Made by a program: the position numbers and the translations under genes. The notes under the pieces were generated by a model. It had not been told where the DNA came from. It searched no databases and saw only the letters and a program-made list of their open reading frames with translations. A stretch of 64,000 nucleotides of DNA, from contig JBHGNT010000009.1 in assembly GCA_043228905.1 (NCBI GenBank), forward strand, positions 8,432,001 to 8,496,000. The letters run 5' to 3'. This document shows, piece after piece, positions 22,501-35,403 of this stretch (its first letter is position 1; each line of letters starts with the position of its first letter). Origin of the DNA: Azolla caroliniana (lineage: Eukaryota > Plantae > Polypodiophyta).

Positions 22501-25500
22501 GGGGCAATTGCCAATGCATCATTGTTTGGAAAAAAGGTAACATCAATTACTAACACCAAAGTCCAAAATCTTAAAGCTTGCTAGTTGCAAGTATTTATAT
22601 TGGGTACAAAACTCAATTTAAGTATATTAGTTTCCTTCTAGATTCTTGGCATTTGATTGAACTTCATATTATTTCATGCATGAAAAGTACGCTTGCCGAT
22701 CCATAACAATCATAAAAGCTCACTCGCCTAACACAATCTTCATCATCATGTTTTTTGACATCACACTATCTTTGTCATAAAAAAAGTTCTGGTTGAGCTA
22801 ACTAAACTCAAGTAGCTAGATGTTCACATGAAATAATTCACCCAACACAAACATCCAAGATGCATTAAATTTGATTACAAGGGGTACACTTGGCGGTGAA
22901 CGTGCAACATTTATAGAAATTGTCTCAAGGCATTTATTGTTGATATCCAGAAATTTCCTTCCCTAGAGTCCTTTTGTTCTTTTGCTTGGACTCATGGAGG
23001 AAAGAACCCCTTTCAAGTTTCAACTCCACGCATTACAGTGCAAGTAGCAAGTAGATCACATTCAAATACATGTTCAAACATAATCTAATCTAGGAAATGC
23101 TCTCATTGTCCTAAAGATGAACCCACATCACTCTTTTCAATATGGTTTAGCCTCTCTAGCTTCTTGATTTGGACACAACGATGAAATACTCTATATTTTC
23201 ACATGGAACATATGGTTCTTTAATGAGGGTATATCTACTTACACGCGTTGGCTTCGGGTTTTCACATGAGTAACTGTGACGTGTCAAGGGAGACATTCAT
23301 ATCTTAATGGATAGGTTAAAAATTGAAACAATGCTGAAACATGTAAAAAATATTTATGTCTCTTGCAAGATTGGGTTACATATCATCTTACAGTCTTACA
23401 ACTAAAATGTATATCTCTCTCACTCTCTCTCCAAGGACGTGTAAAGGCCTATGTTCAATATTCTTCCTTTCTCTGAACTAATCAGACGAGCATCTTATTA
23501 CCCAAGCTAATGATGTAATAGCTATATGCATGTCATGTCAACTATGAGAGAAACTATAATTGAACCAAAGTTTTTCAAACTTGAAACACTTCTAACCTTC
23601 GAAATGTAGGATGTCATAAGGAGAAAATACAAGTCCTCGTGTTTTTATTGGGAGTAGCACATGAAGGCACATCATAAAACGAGTTATTTCACCATTTCTT
23701 GTAAGTTGTGAGAGGAGAGAGGGTCATATACAAATATGTAAGCATAACATGTAAGTTTATACATCCATGATCCATATATGAGACATTTGTGACATATCCA
23801 TGAATATCTACACCTTCCATTCCATATTGTGTTGTGACAAGGGTCTTTGTGGTTAATCAAAGGCATCTATGATTATTGATTCGAAAAAAAGAATGATTGT
23901 GTTTGGTTGTCGAATAAGATTAAAATCACAAGTACAATTTGATAAGTTAGATATGATATTTCAGCTATAATATGGCAAATTCATCCCCTTTTTCTCTCTT
24001 TCAAGGTTGATGAGGGTATTTGAGGAAGTAACAAGAAATTGGGGCCATTTTGAGTATTTTACAAATATGAATATGCCAAATACCATAATGTCAATATTTT
24101 AAAACCTATTTCCTACCAAAATCAATCACCCATAAAGAAGAATGCTTAGAATGAAACTCACATAACACAATTATCTATGATTAGGCTTGTACTTTCTAAT
24201 AATTAGGGTCGTAAGGCAATTGATCAGTCATGTATTTATGAACATTAGAAATGTGATTACTATTGTTACCTTTTCAATGGTATTGTTAATTGTTACTGGG
24301 ATGAAGATTGAGTTGGAAACCTTGGTTTGTTTTGTGACTATATTTCAAATGTCAATCCTTTAAGATGAAGAGTTTTATTATGTAATTTGTATGAATTCTC
24401 TAACTTGAAAATTGACTTATCTGCAACTACCTTCCAGAAGTCACCTTACTCAAAAGTATGGAATTTGGATGACTTGCATAGCTTGAAAATTGAGTTTGAC
24501 ACTTTGAATGAATTGTCACGGTCATGAATGTCTTGTGCATGGGACATGGGCAAGAAAAAGCAACTGCTTTTAAAATCTCACTACTTTTGTCAAAAGCTTG
24601 CCTTCATAGAGAAAAAACTCACATTTTGAATCTCGCCTAACATTTACACGAGAAAAGAAACAATCCTTTTCTACATATTAAATGCTATGTACATAAAGGT
24701 ACAATTTATTGAAGGCTATAATTCATGAATTTGTGCATTGCATTTTATTATTGTCAAATCAAGTGTATAAAGCTCTCTTAAATAGACCTTGGACACATTA
24801 CATAGATGGTTTACATATCATGATTCATGATGTCTAATAGTAAATAAATGTACAAATGAGTTTAATTACAAAAAAAATTGTATTTCTTTCGGCCATGTCC
24901 ACTTTAATTCTACATATAAAAAATTAAGCCAAATGATAACATTGAAGGACTCACGATTCACCTCAACTCTTGTTGATTTTGCTATTTAGTGTATGACGAA
25001 GCCCGACCACCACATTTCAATCTTCCTCTTGAAGCAACACATCGAGGAAGGATCCACCCCAAGTGTTACAATGGGGAAGTTTTTCCTTGAGCACTTGAAC
25101 AATCCTTCGTGAACACAAATATCCATATGCATGTGCACCAAAATGGTCTAGTGTTGACAAGTCAAAGGTTATGAAGCACACAAACCAATCACCAGATCAT
25201 GATCATGTAAAGACTACTTAAATTCTACATAATGTTAAGAAAGTTAACAAATAACACATAATTTCCTTCTTGTTATATTTTGAGAAGTCTTGAAGAGAGG
25301 ACAAGATCTTTTAAAACCACCATATCTATGGGTGACTACACCCTTATAAACTTATTTTTAATGCCACACATCAAGTAACATTATGCATTGTCTGGTTCAT
25401 AAAGGGCACTCTCGGGAAGCAATGCCTTAAAATGATTCATTGTGCTATATCTTAACAAGACTCCCAAATTTATTGCTTCAACAAGTTTGTGTTTTACGAG

Positions 25501-26241
25501 AAATAGAGAGGGTCGTTCAATTTTTACATGTCTGATAAATGTTTGTAAAAGTTCATTTCATCATAATGTGTGACATAAAGTATAGATTTTTTCTACAAAG
25601 AGTAGGGCAAAGCAAACATCAACGCATAATTATCATACGACCAATTCTCTACGGTCTTTTTATGACTGAAACAAACTTGTGTTCAAAACGATTTCCAAGT
25701 ACACCATCTTAACTTGAAATACTTTCTCAAAACCAAATTGTAAACAATTAGTTCTGTCATGTCATTGAGCTCACGTCACACCTCCACAATAAAAGCTCTA
25801 TTTTCCATTTGAATTATACCAATGTGATTGACTGGAACTCAATAAAATATTGTTCACCTTAACACTTTCTTGTGGAAACAAGCTCACTAACAAAGTAAGT
25901 ACTCATATGTTCTAATGATGCAACAAACTACAAGGTTCTTTCTCATGAAGCTCATCTCAAAGTTTTATTTCTAGTTTTCTTGAATTACTACTCATTTTGT
26001 ACGTTGTCATTTGTTACGGGTGCATGCGACAACTCTATAGCAAAAGGACATGTATAAGTTGTTCACATTTTCTTTATAAGTACACACTTTGGATTGATTA
26101 TTAATTGATGTTCTCTCTAAATTATGTGCATTGTCTAGTTTTGACACACATTACCAAATTTGTCTATTTTGCATTCTACCTCACAAGTTCTAGTGTAAAT
26201 GATAATAGCAGACAACCACCAAGATAAAAGCATTTATCTTT

Positions 26242-26733
26242 TCACTACAATAGAGCACGGAAAGTAAAGCTTGAGAAAAACCCAATTGCTCACAAAGCAT
26301 GAATAGCTTGAGACAATAAACTTATGGGATATTGTTGAATTATTGTCCACGATCATTTTAGATTGATAGATTGACTTTGTAATCAATCATTTTCAATAGA
26401 AAATATAGAAGTTTGCTATTAAACTATCCATAATCATTTTAGGTTGATTGATTGACTTTGTGATCAATCAATGTAAACAAAAGAGCTAGAAGTCACTACA
26501 ATAGAGCACGGAAAGTAAAGCTTGAGAAAAACCCAATTGCTCACAAAGCATGAATAGCTTGAGACAATAAACTTATGGGATATTGTTGAATTATTGTCCA
26601 CGATCATTTTAGATTGATAGATTGACTTTGTAATCAATCATTTTCAATAGAAAATATAGAAGTTTGCTATTAAACTATCCATAATCATTTTAGGTTGATT
26701 GATTGACTTTGTGATCAATCAAGAGCTAGAAGT
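26242..26733 (+). repeat. Near-perfect tandem duplication, period 251 bp
   Basis: TCACTACAATAGAGCACGG... starts at 26242 and 26493; the copies differ by an indel of about 10 bp at the end. Confidence 0.92.
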
Positions 26734-29700
26734 TTTCAAATCAATACAATAGAAACCTCGTGATGACCAACCATAGGCCAAGTTTTGTAAATAAAATGGT
26801 CAATACATGAATAGAAGTACTCTTGTGAACACATGATACTTGGTATTGAACATTCCCATAACAACCTCACAATGAATAGAAATGGACTCGAGTCCAATTC
26901 ACCATGTTGATGTTATATTATGGTAATTATTTACTAACAAGGCATACCTCTAAATAGTTTTGATGGGTGATGAAAAATCATTTCAATCCCTCATTACGAG
27001 GCAATAATGTTGTTCCCAACTCTTAGAATGTGTATAATGTATGTTTTGGAGAAAACTATTAGTGTGCATTTGCTGACTTGAAAATATGAGAATTTATTAG
27101 ATCAAGCCAACATGAAATCCATTTCTCTAGATTTCAACCCATATTTCCAAATCTCATAGCATGTCATATTTCCAAATCTCAAATTGTGCTAAACTTTTAG
27201 GATTAATTTGTTAGATAAAATTAGTGGGGATATTTTTGTTCCCTTGTAATGATAATAAGACAATGCTTCACTTAGCGGTCATGGCATTGTGAAAAGGTGA
27301 AAGCAGAAAATGCAATGTAAAAGATGAGGTTTGAAGATTATGAGAATAATAAAAATTAAGCTAATTGGGAGGCTGGAGCTGTAAAAATATCAACATATTG
27401 ATTGTTGTGTTATATGCACCTTTTCGTCACTTTTCAATGACAAACCGTGAACTACAAATGTTTAATTGAACAAGGAAAAACTAGATTTTTTTTGTTATTA
27501 GTTTAATAATAAATTCAACTTGCAACGAATTGTTTGGGAGAAACCGGAAGACTTTAATGCACACATATATATTTCTATATGAATACTTTAGGAAAGAAAA
27601 TAGTTGAGAGGTTCATTACATTCTATAGAGTCATGGTCCTTATTTGTTAATGTATGGGTCTTTTGGTATGTCAAATAACTCAAAGCATTTAAAACAAAGT
27701 ACCATTTGTCTAGATATACTTGAAGAGTATTCAACAAGGTGGAAGCATAATCAATAAGAACACCTTCTACATGCTCCATTTCGATTTGCAAAGTCAACTT
27801 TGGTGGGTTAGAGGGAGTCCAACATCAAGAAGGTCATAATAAAAAGAAAAAGGGAGAAAATGTTAAACGGCATGGGGAGGAGTGATGGCACCTCAAAGAC
27901 ATGGCACATGTCACACCACAATAATCCTTGATGGTACATGTTGGAAAAGGGCATTACATTAAAGCTTGTTTTGTAGCCACCCTTGAAATAGGACGAACTC
28001 AAGCTTGAAAAAGATTTTTGAGGACAAGGAAAAACTTCCAAATGTCTCACTACGCTTAAATGATTTAGCCAAAGGATCAACTCAAATGATGGCATGCCCT
28101 AACATTATAGCAATCTCCACTAATATATCAAGATTTGACTATATCTCGATGTCAACATGTTACAAAGTGTGCACTTTGCATGTAGTCATCATAAATGCTC
28201 TCTCATGAGTTTCTAAGAATTTTTTCTAGAACATGAGTAGTCAAATCCTTAGGCTCCCTTGATTACTCTAGGAAAATAAATAGAGTATTTTCATGTTTTA
28301 GCTACAATGGACTTTTCATGAAAGGGAGGTTTTAAGTCAATACTTATAGTGTCGAATGCCATCCTCAAGGTGATATTTCGTATGAAGCATACATTGAACA
28401 TAACAAATTTCATCCATCCTCCTTCGTCCTCTTCCCTCATCAGTATAATCCGCCATTGCTAGATTCCCACAAATGGATCACTTCAAGGATGGCTCCACTA
28501 CACACTCAAACATGCATAGAGGCCATAATGATTAAGCTACATACAATGATGCCTACTATCACAAACACTAATTCTTTCATTCTCAACAACAAAAAAGATA
28601 GATCTCATAGCACTAGGCTTATCTTACCATCAGAATGTCCAAAGCAGAATCTGCTTATACAAAGGGGACTAAAGTCTTATTGAATTGTATTTTTTGGTGA
28701 TGCTATGAAGGATGCTTTATACTTAGGCATGCCTTCAACCTCTCTCAAGTATGTCTCTTTTCTTCTTCCTTCCTTGCCCTTTGATAGGTATTGAGAATCA
28801 AGCTCAACTTGGTCTAGTGTGTGAACTCACCTTGAGAGTGAAGAGACACTCCAACGGTCAAGAGTCACTATTATGTCACCACTTTGTATTCTAGCATTTA
28901 GTATGAGTTATAGAATCATATTCTATGACACATAACTTATGAGCTTTCACATTCCCCATGCTCCATGAGCCTTATAGTTAATGAAGAGAGAGGGTGACTA
29001 CATAAAGCACCCTCCTCCCATCTTGTATGGTGTGGTGTCTTTCTCCTTTGACAATATACTTTTACCTTGCGTATTCCTTGTCTCTCTCACGCACTCTCTA
29101 TCTCTCTCTCATACACACACATAACTCATATCACTTCCGCTTCACAAGAATCAATCTCTTGATTCTTTACATGGTATCAGAGCGATTTGGTAGCTCGATC
29201 TAGCCCATTCGCCTCATCGTGATTGTGCGTTGTGCTCCACGCCGATGACCAAGAACAAGCTCATCGCTATTGTAGCTTCGCTACATAGCTCGCATTCGAA
29301 GAGAGAAGAAGAAGAAGAAGAATCGATATAATGAATACTCAAATGGGGAGCGCTCTCCCTACCGAGAAGTTGGATCGAAACAACTTCGCATCTTGGGAGT
29401 ACAAGATGCACCAATACCTTGTCGGACAAGGCTATTGGAGTTACATCAAAGGAGCGCATGAAGACCGACCCGCTGAAGTGGCTCCTGGATACGCGACATG
29501 GGAGCAAGCCGCAAGCCGCGTGATGTATTGTTTGGCGACATGTGTTCACGACCACATGCTCGGTTACATTCGAGAAGCCAAGACGCCGAAGGAAGCGTGG
29601 GAAAATCTACGAAAGATTTTCGCCGCCAACACGACCGCGAGGAAGCTTCAACTCCACCAAGAGTTGAACAACATTCAACAAAGGGATATGTCCATCACGA

Positions 29701-31389
29701 CATACACCTTGAAGATCAAGGAGCTTTGCGACTCGCTCGGCTCAATAAACGTAAGTATAGATGATGATGAGATGGTGCAAATATGCCTCGGCGGCCTCGC
29801 ACCACAGTTCGGCGCGATGCGAACCGCCGTTCTAGCACGGGAGAAATCTCCCTCCTTCTTCGAGCTCCAATCAATGCTATTGGTCGAAGAAAACCACGTG
29901 CGTACAAGGAGCAATGAGTCGGAAGGCCACATGCTCTACACGCACTCTAATGGAGGAAGAGGACGTGGACGAGCGAGAGGCCGATTCGGCCAAGGACAAG
30001 GCGGATGAGGACCGACCTATGACAACAACTCCCAATTTCGGCCGCAAAACGGAGGCCAACAAGGAACCTTCGCAAGAAGGGGGAGCTTCCACTCCGGCCC
30101 AAGCCGTCAAAACGCAACCGAATGCGGATATTGCGGAAAGCTCGGCCACCACGAAGAAGAGTGCCGAAAGAAGATGCGTGAATTGGCTTCCACAAGCCGA
30201 CAACTCACGAATTACGCGCACAATTCCGACTATGAAGAGTATAGCGGAATGTACGGGCACAACTCCGACTACGAGGATCGTGGCGGAATGTACGCATACA
30301 ACTCTGACCGTGGCGGAATGTTCATGATGAAACATAGAGCAAAGTCTATGTCGGCCTCTACCTCAACTAGTGCCCTCAATCCGGAGGACGTATGGTTTGT
30401 TGACTCCGGAGCCTCAAACCATATGACATCCCACAAAGAATGGTTTCTCGAACTTTGAGAGCCGGAGCGACCCGGTTATGTCGAAACCGGAGATGACACT
30501 ACGCACCCGATTCGGCACATCGGCAATGTTCCGTTCGGCGAAAGAGGTAAGCAAACATATATTAAAAATGTCTTGCATGTTCCTACCATCACAAAGAATT
30601 TGGTCTCGGTCGGCCAAATGGTTGAGCAAGGGATGCAAGTACGATTTGACCAAGAAGGGTGCTTCATCGAAAAGGAAGGCCGAATCATCGCACGCGGAAG
30701 AAGAGAGGGCCGGATGTTCATTCTCGATTTGCACGAGATGAAATCCGCCATGTTCGCGAAAAGCACGAAAGCCGACTCCGACATAGAGCTATGGCATAAG
30801 CGAATTGGCCACATCAATCTCAACAAACTCAAAGCAATGAAATCGAAAGGAGTCGTCATCGGACTCCCGACATTCAAAGAGAAGGAGATTGAAGGTGTAT
30901 GCGAAGCGTGCCAATTCGGCAAGCAACACCGACACCCATTTCCGAAGGAGCGGAATGTGAGCAAAGGCGTACTTGACGTAATTCATTCCGATGTATGGGG
31001 TCCGGCTCAAACGGCGACATTCGGCTGATGCCGATATTACGTGCTCTTCATCGACGACTTTTCTAGGCACACTTGGATCTACCCGATGCGGCAAAAGAGC
31101 GAAGTGTTCGGACACTTCCAAAATTTCAAGAATGAAGTCGAGAAAGCCACAGGCCGACATGTACGATGCCTTCGATCGGATGGCGGCAAGGAGTACTTCT
31201 CGGACGATTTCACGACGTATCTCCGAAAGGAAGGAATTCGGCGAGAATTCACTTGCCGACACACTCCGCAACAAAACGGAGTAGCCGAGCGCAAAAATCG
31301 GCACATCCTCGAAGTAGCGCGGGCCATGATGAACGAGAAGCATATGCCCAAGTCATATTGGGCCGAAGTGGCAAATACGACTGTCTACC

Positions 31390-32359
31390 TGTTGGGAAAC
31401 AGGTCCCTCTGGATGGGAAGGGAGAAGCACAATGCCGATGAACAAACTCGGGCGAGGCCGAGACCAGATGAGGAGTACCCGGCTACGGAGAGCCGGATGG
31501 TACAGACCCGGTATGAACTGGATGAGGAGGACCCGGCTACGGAGAGCCGGATGGTACAGACCCGGTATGAACCGGATGAGGAGGACCCGGTTACGGAGAG
31601 CCGGATGGTGCATACCCGGTATGAACTGGATGAGGAGGACCCGGCTACGGAGAGCCGGATGGTGCAGGCCCGGTGTGAACCGGATGAGGAGTACCCGGCT
31701 ACGGAGAGCCGGATGGTGCAGACCCGGTGTGAACCGGATGAGGAGGACCCCGCTACGGAGAGCCGGATGGTGCAGGCCTGGTGTGAACCGGATGAGGAGT
31801 ACCCGGCTACGGAGAGCCGGATGGTGCAGGCCCGGTGTGAACCGGATGAGGAGCACCCGGCTACGGAGAGCCGGATGACGCAGACCCGGTGCGAACCGGA
31901 GGAAGAGACATATTCGTAAATATGTTTCTGAGAGCCCATCGAGGCTACATTTGTAAATAGCCGAAAAGTCATATTAGTATAAATATGACTTAGGGCAAAC
32001 TTTTAGTGAGTAGTTGGTTGTCATTTTCTGTTTTGCACGAGATTAGTGTGCGTAACTGTACAGAGAGAGAGAGAGAGAGAGAGAAAGAGGTCGTTGCCTC
32101 TGTTGTAACTGCCGCCTGTGGCGAAGATTTGTGAGCACGAGGTCGGTGCCTCAGTGAACTCACTGTTGTATATTCCTACATAGTGGCAGTTTGCAGCCTG
32201 TGGGCTGCCGTGGTTTTTCCCCTAGTTTGGGGTTTTCCACGTAAACCTTCTGTGTATTCTCTTCTTCTTCTTGTCGTGTTTTATTTCCTGTTTTCTATGT
32301 ATCATTCTAAGCTCGGTTGTGGCCAAGCGTCGCGCATAAGGAACGTTGGGTTCCCGTCA
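31390..32359 (+). mobile_element. Solo LTR (related to G) inserted in the integrase of E
   Basis: TGTTGG...CCGTCA; TSD CTACC; homologous to the G LTRs and to solo LTR 63008-63731. Confidence 0.95.
31467..31898 (+). repeat. 8 x 54-bp tandem repeat in U3 of the solo LTR
   Basis: GATGAGGAG(T/G/C)ACCCGGCTACGGAGAGCCGGATGGT... recurs every 54 bp from 31467. Confidence 0.95.
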
Positions 32360-35300
32360 CTACCTAATGAACCGGTGCACAACATCCGGCGTGCACGAGG
32401 TCACTCCGCACGAAAGATTCTTCGGAAAGAAGCCGAACCTATCACATGTTCGGATATTCGGCTCTATTGCGTACATGCACATCCCCAACGAGAAGCGTCA
32501 AAAGCTTGACCCGAAGTCGGAGAAATGTATCCTCGTAGGATACTCACTGGAACAAAAGGGGTACAAGTGCTACAACCCCTCAACTCGAAAATCTCGAGTA
32601 AGTCGAGACGTTGTGTTTGATGAGTCCGCATCCTGGTACACACCAGAGACAACTCCGACTCCGCTCGACCCGGAATCCACTGAACAAGAGATAGAGGATG
32701 AAGATCATTCTACGGGCATGTTCGAAGAAAGTCCGATCACGACCCAATTGAGCGAACCACAAGAGCCTTTGAGCGATCAAAGCACATCACGACCTAGCCC
32801 GAAGATGGACAAAGGCAGGGCGAAAATGGCGGAATACGAAGACGATCGCTTCACCGACAATGAGTCAACTCATTCACTCGACAGTGAGTTCGGCGGTTTC
32901 GAGGTACCAATCGGAGCCAAGAAAGCCCTCATCTCTGCAAATGAAAAGCTCCGCCGATCCACTCGTGAAAAGAACCCCGTAAGCCGATTCGGCTACAACG
33001 ATTACATGGCATACCATTACGCCTTCATGATGAAGGTAGCGACAGTACGGGAGCCGGAAACCTTTTCAGAAGCCGCGAAGGACCCGCGATGGATCGAAGC
33101 AATGAACAAGGAGATGCAGGCACTACGGAAGAATGAGACGTGGGATCTCGTTCCCACCTCACCACACAAAAAGGCGATCGGATGCAGATGGATCTACAAA
33201 GTGAAGTACAACGCGGACGGTTCCGTCAACCGCTACAAAGCTCGACTCGTAGCGAAAGGATACGCTCAGACACATGGTGTCGACTACGAAGAGACCTTTG
33301 CCCCGGTGGCAAAGATGGCAACGGTGCGGACCGTAATTGCGCTTGCCGTGGCGAAAGGGTGGCACCTCCATCAAATGGACGTCAAGAACGCCTTTCTACA
33401 AGGCGAATTAGAAGAGGAGGTGTACATGATCCAACCACCCGGCTTCAACTCGAGCACTCATCCAAAAGCCGTATGCCGACTCAAGAAGCCACTCTACGGC
33501 CTCAAGCAAGCACCGCGTGCTTGGCATTCGAAGATAACGCAATATCTTCAACAAATCGGCTTCCGTATGTCATAATCGGACAACTCCCTCAACATACGAA
33601 GCGATTCCGCAAGTCCGATCGTCATCATTTTATATGTGGATGACCTAGTCATTGGAGGTGAGCATCTCGTTGAAATCAATAAAGTCAAATCCCTCCTTTC
33701 AGACAAGTTCGAGATGACGAACATGAAGGAGCTCCACTACTTCCTCGGCATCGAGGTAATTCGGACACCGGCTGGAATCATGATCTCTCAACGGCACTAC
33801 ATCCTCAACTTGTTATACAAGTTCGGGATGGCTGAGTGCAAATCTGTGGCAACCCCGCTCGATCGTAATCTCAAACTAGATGCGAACTCCGGCACCAAAG
33901 CGTGTGAGCCGACTCAGTATCGGCAACTCATCGGGAGTCTCATCTACCTCACGATCACACGACCTGATCTCAGTTATCCGGTCGGTCTCCTTAGCCAATT
34001 CATACAAACACCGCGTGATACTCACTTGGATTGCGCTAGGCGAGTTCTACGCTACGTGAGCGGCACAATGGATTGCGGCATCCTCTACAAGACTGCGATA
34101 CCAATACGACTCGAGGGGTACACAGACGCCAATTGGGCCGACTACAAAGCTGATAGAAGTTCAACCTCCGAATTTGTTTTCTCCCTCGGCAGCGGAGCAA
34201 TATCCTGGAGTAGCAAGAAACAGCCTACCGTCGCTCTTTCGAGTACGGAGGCAGAATATAGGGGCGCAGCCGTAGCTGCATGTGAAGCCGTATGGCTCAA
34301 GAGGATTTTGAAGGATCTGGGCGTACCCATCAAGGATCCGACTTCCCTTTACTGCGACAACATGAGTAGTATCTATCTGGCTCGGAACCCGGTGTTCCAC
34401 ACGCGGAGAAAGCACATCGAAGTGCACTATCACTTCATCCGAGAGCGCGTTCTGGTTGGCGATGTTGACCTACAACACATTAGCACCAATCTTCAAACGG
34501 CTGACATCTTCACTAAAGCCTTAGCAGCCGACAAGCTATGGCAATTCATGACCGATCTTGGATTGACGATCCCTGACCTGCCAAGCTTGAGGGGGAGTAC
34601 TGAAGACACTACGCAATAACGTGTGGATTCCGCAACCACACAACAAAGCCGCGAAGAAAGACTCAAGACGAAGCACAAACTTCGCAACTACACACACAAG
34701 CCGAAGCACTGACTTTGTAACTATGCACAACGCAAGATGTAGCACGGATTCCGCAACTCCGCATACATGCGAGTCGACACAAGTTGATGCGGACTCTAGA
34801 ACGCAAGTTGAAGCGGATTTTGGATATAGTCTGAAACCGACCCGACTTGAGCTTGAGGGGGCGTGTTGAGAATCAAGCTCAACTTGGTCTAGTGTGTGAA
34901 CTCACCTTGAGAGTGAAGAGACACTCCAACGGTCAAGAGTCACCATTATGTCACCACTTTGTATTCTAGCATTTAGTATGAGTCATAGAATCATATTCTA
35001 TGACACATAACTTATGAGCTTTCACATTCCCCATGCTCCATGAGCCTTGTAGTTAATGAAGAGAGAGGGTGACTACATAAAGCACCCTCCTCCCATCTTG
35101 TATGGTGTGGTGTCTTTCTCCTTTGACAATATACTTTTACCTTGCGTATTCCTTGTCTCTCTCACTCTCTCTCTCTCTCTCATACACACACATAACTCAT
35201 ATCACTTCCGCTTCACAAGAATCAATCTCTTGATTCTTTACAATAGGCTTGTCCTTGGACTTCCATGATCTATGTGAGGCTTTGAGAAACCTTTGTACCT

Positions 35301-35403
35301 CTCCTACAGGTTCATGTGTTGTTTACAATTTTATTTTTTTGAGAGATTCGCCTTAGTATATAACTTGAAAATTGTACATGGAAAAACCAAAAGGAGACAT
35401 TTC

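Larger units (their letters stand above)
29331..34619 (+). pseudogene. gag-pol of Copia E, broken by four stops (about 30006, 30456, 31026, 33573) and a solo LTR
   Basis: Gag KLDRNNFASWEYKM, CGYCGKLGHHEEEC, VDSGAS, HSDVWGP/SDGGKEY, YVDDL, RNase H ADIFTKAL. Confidence 0.93.
28789..35242 (+). mobile_element. Full-length Ty1/Copia element E (LTRs 28789-29171 and 34864-35242), inactivated
   Basis: TSD ATAGG; tRNA-iMet PBS TGGTATCAGAGC at 29172; PPT GAGGGGGCG; near-identical LTRs. Confidence 0.97.

Noticed and set aside
22560-28780. Possible decayed DNA transposase and aspartic protease remnants in the AT-rich tract
   Set aside because: No convincing motifs, TIRs or TSDs could be established by eye.
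31467-31898. CRISPR-like array of palindromic repeats
   Set aside because: Units are contiguous with no unique spacers, lie inside a TSD-flanked LTR, and no cas genes are present.
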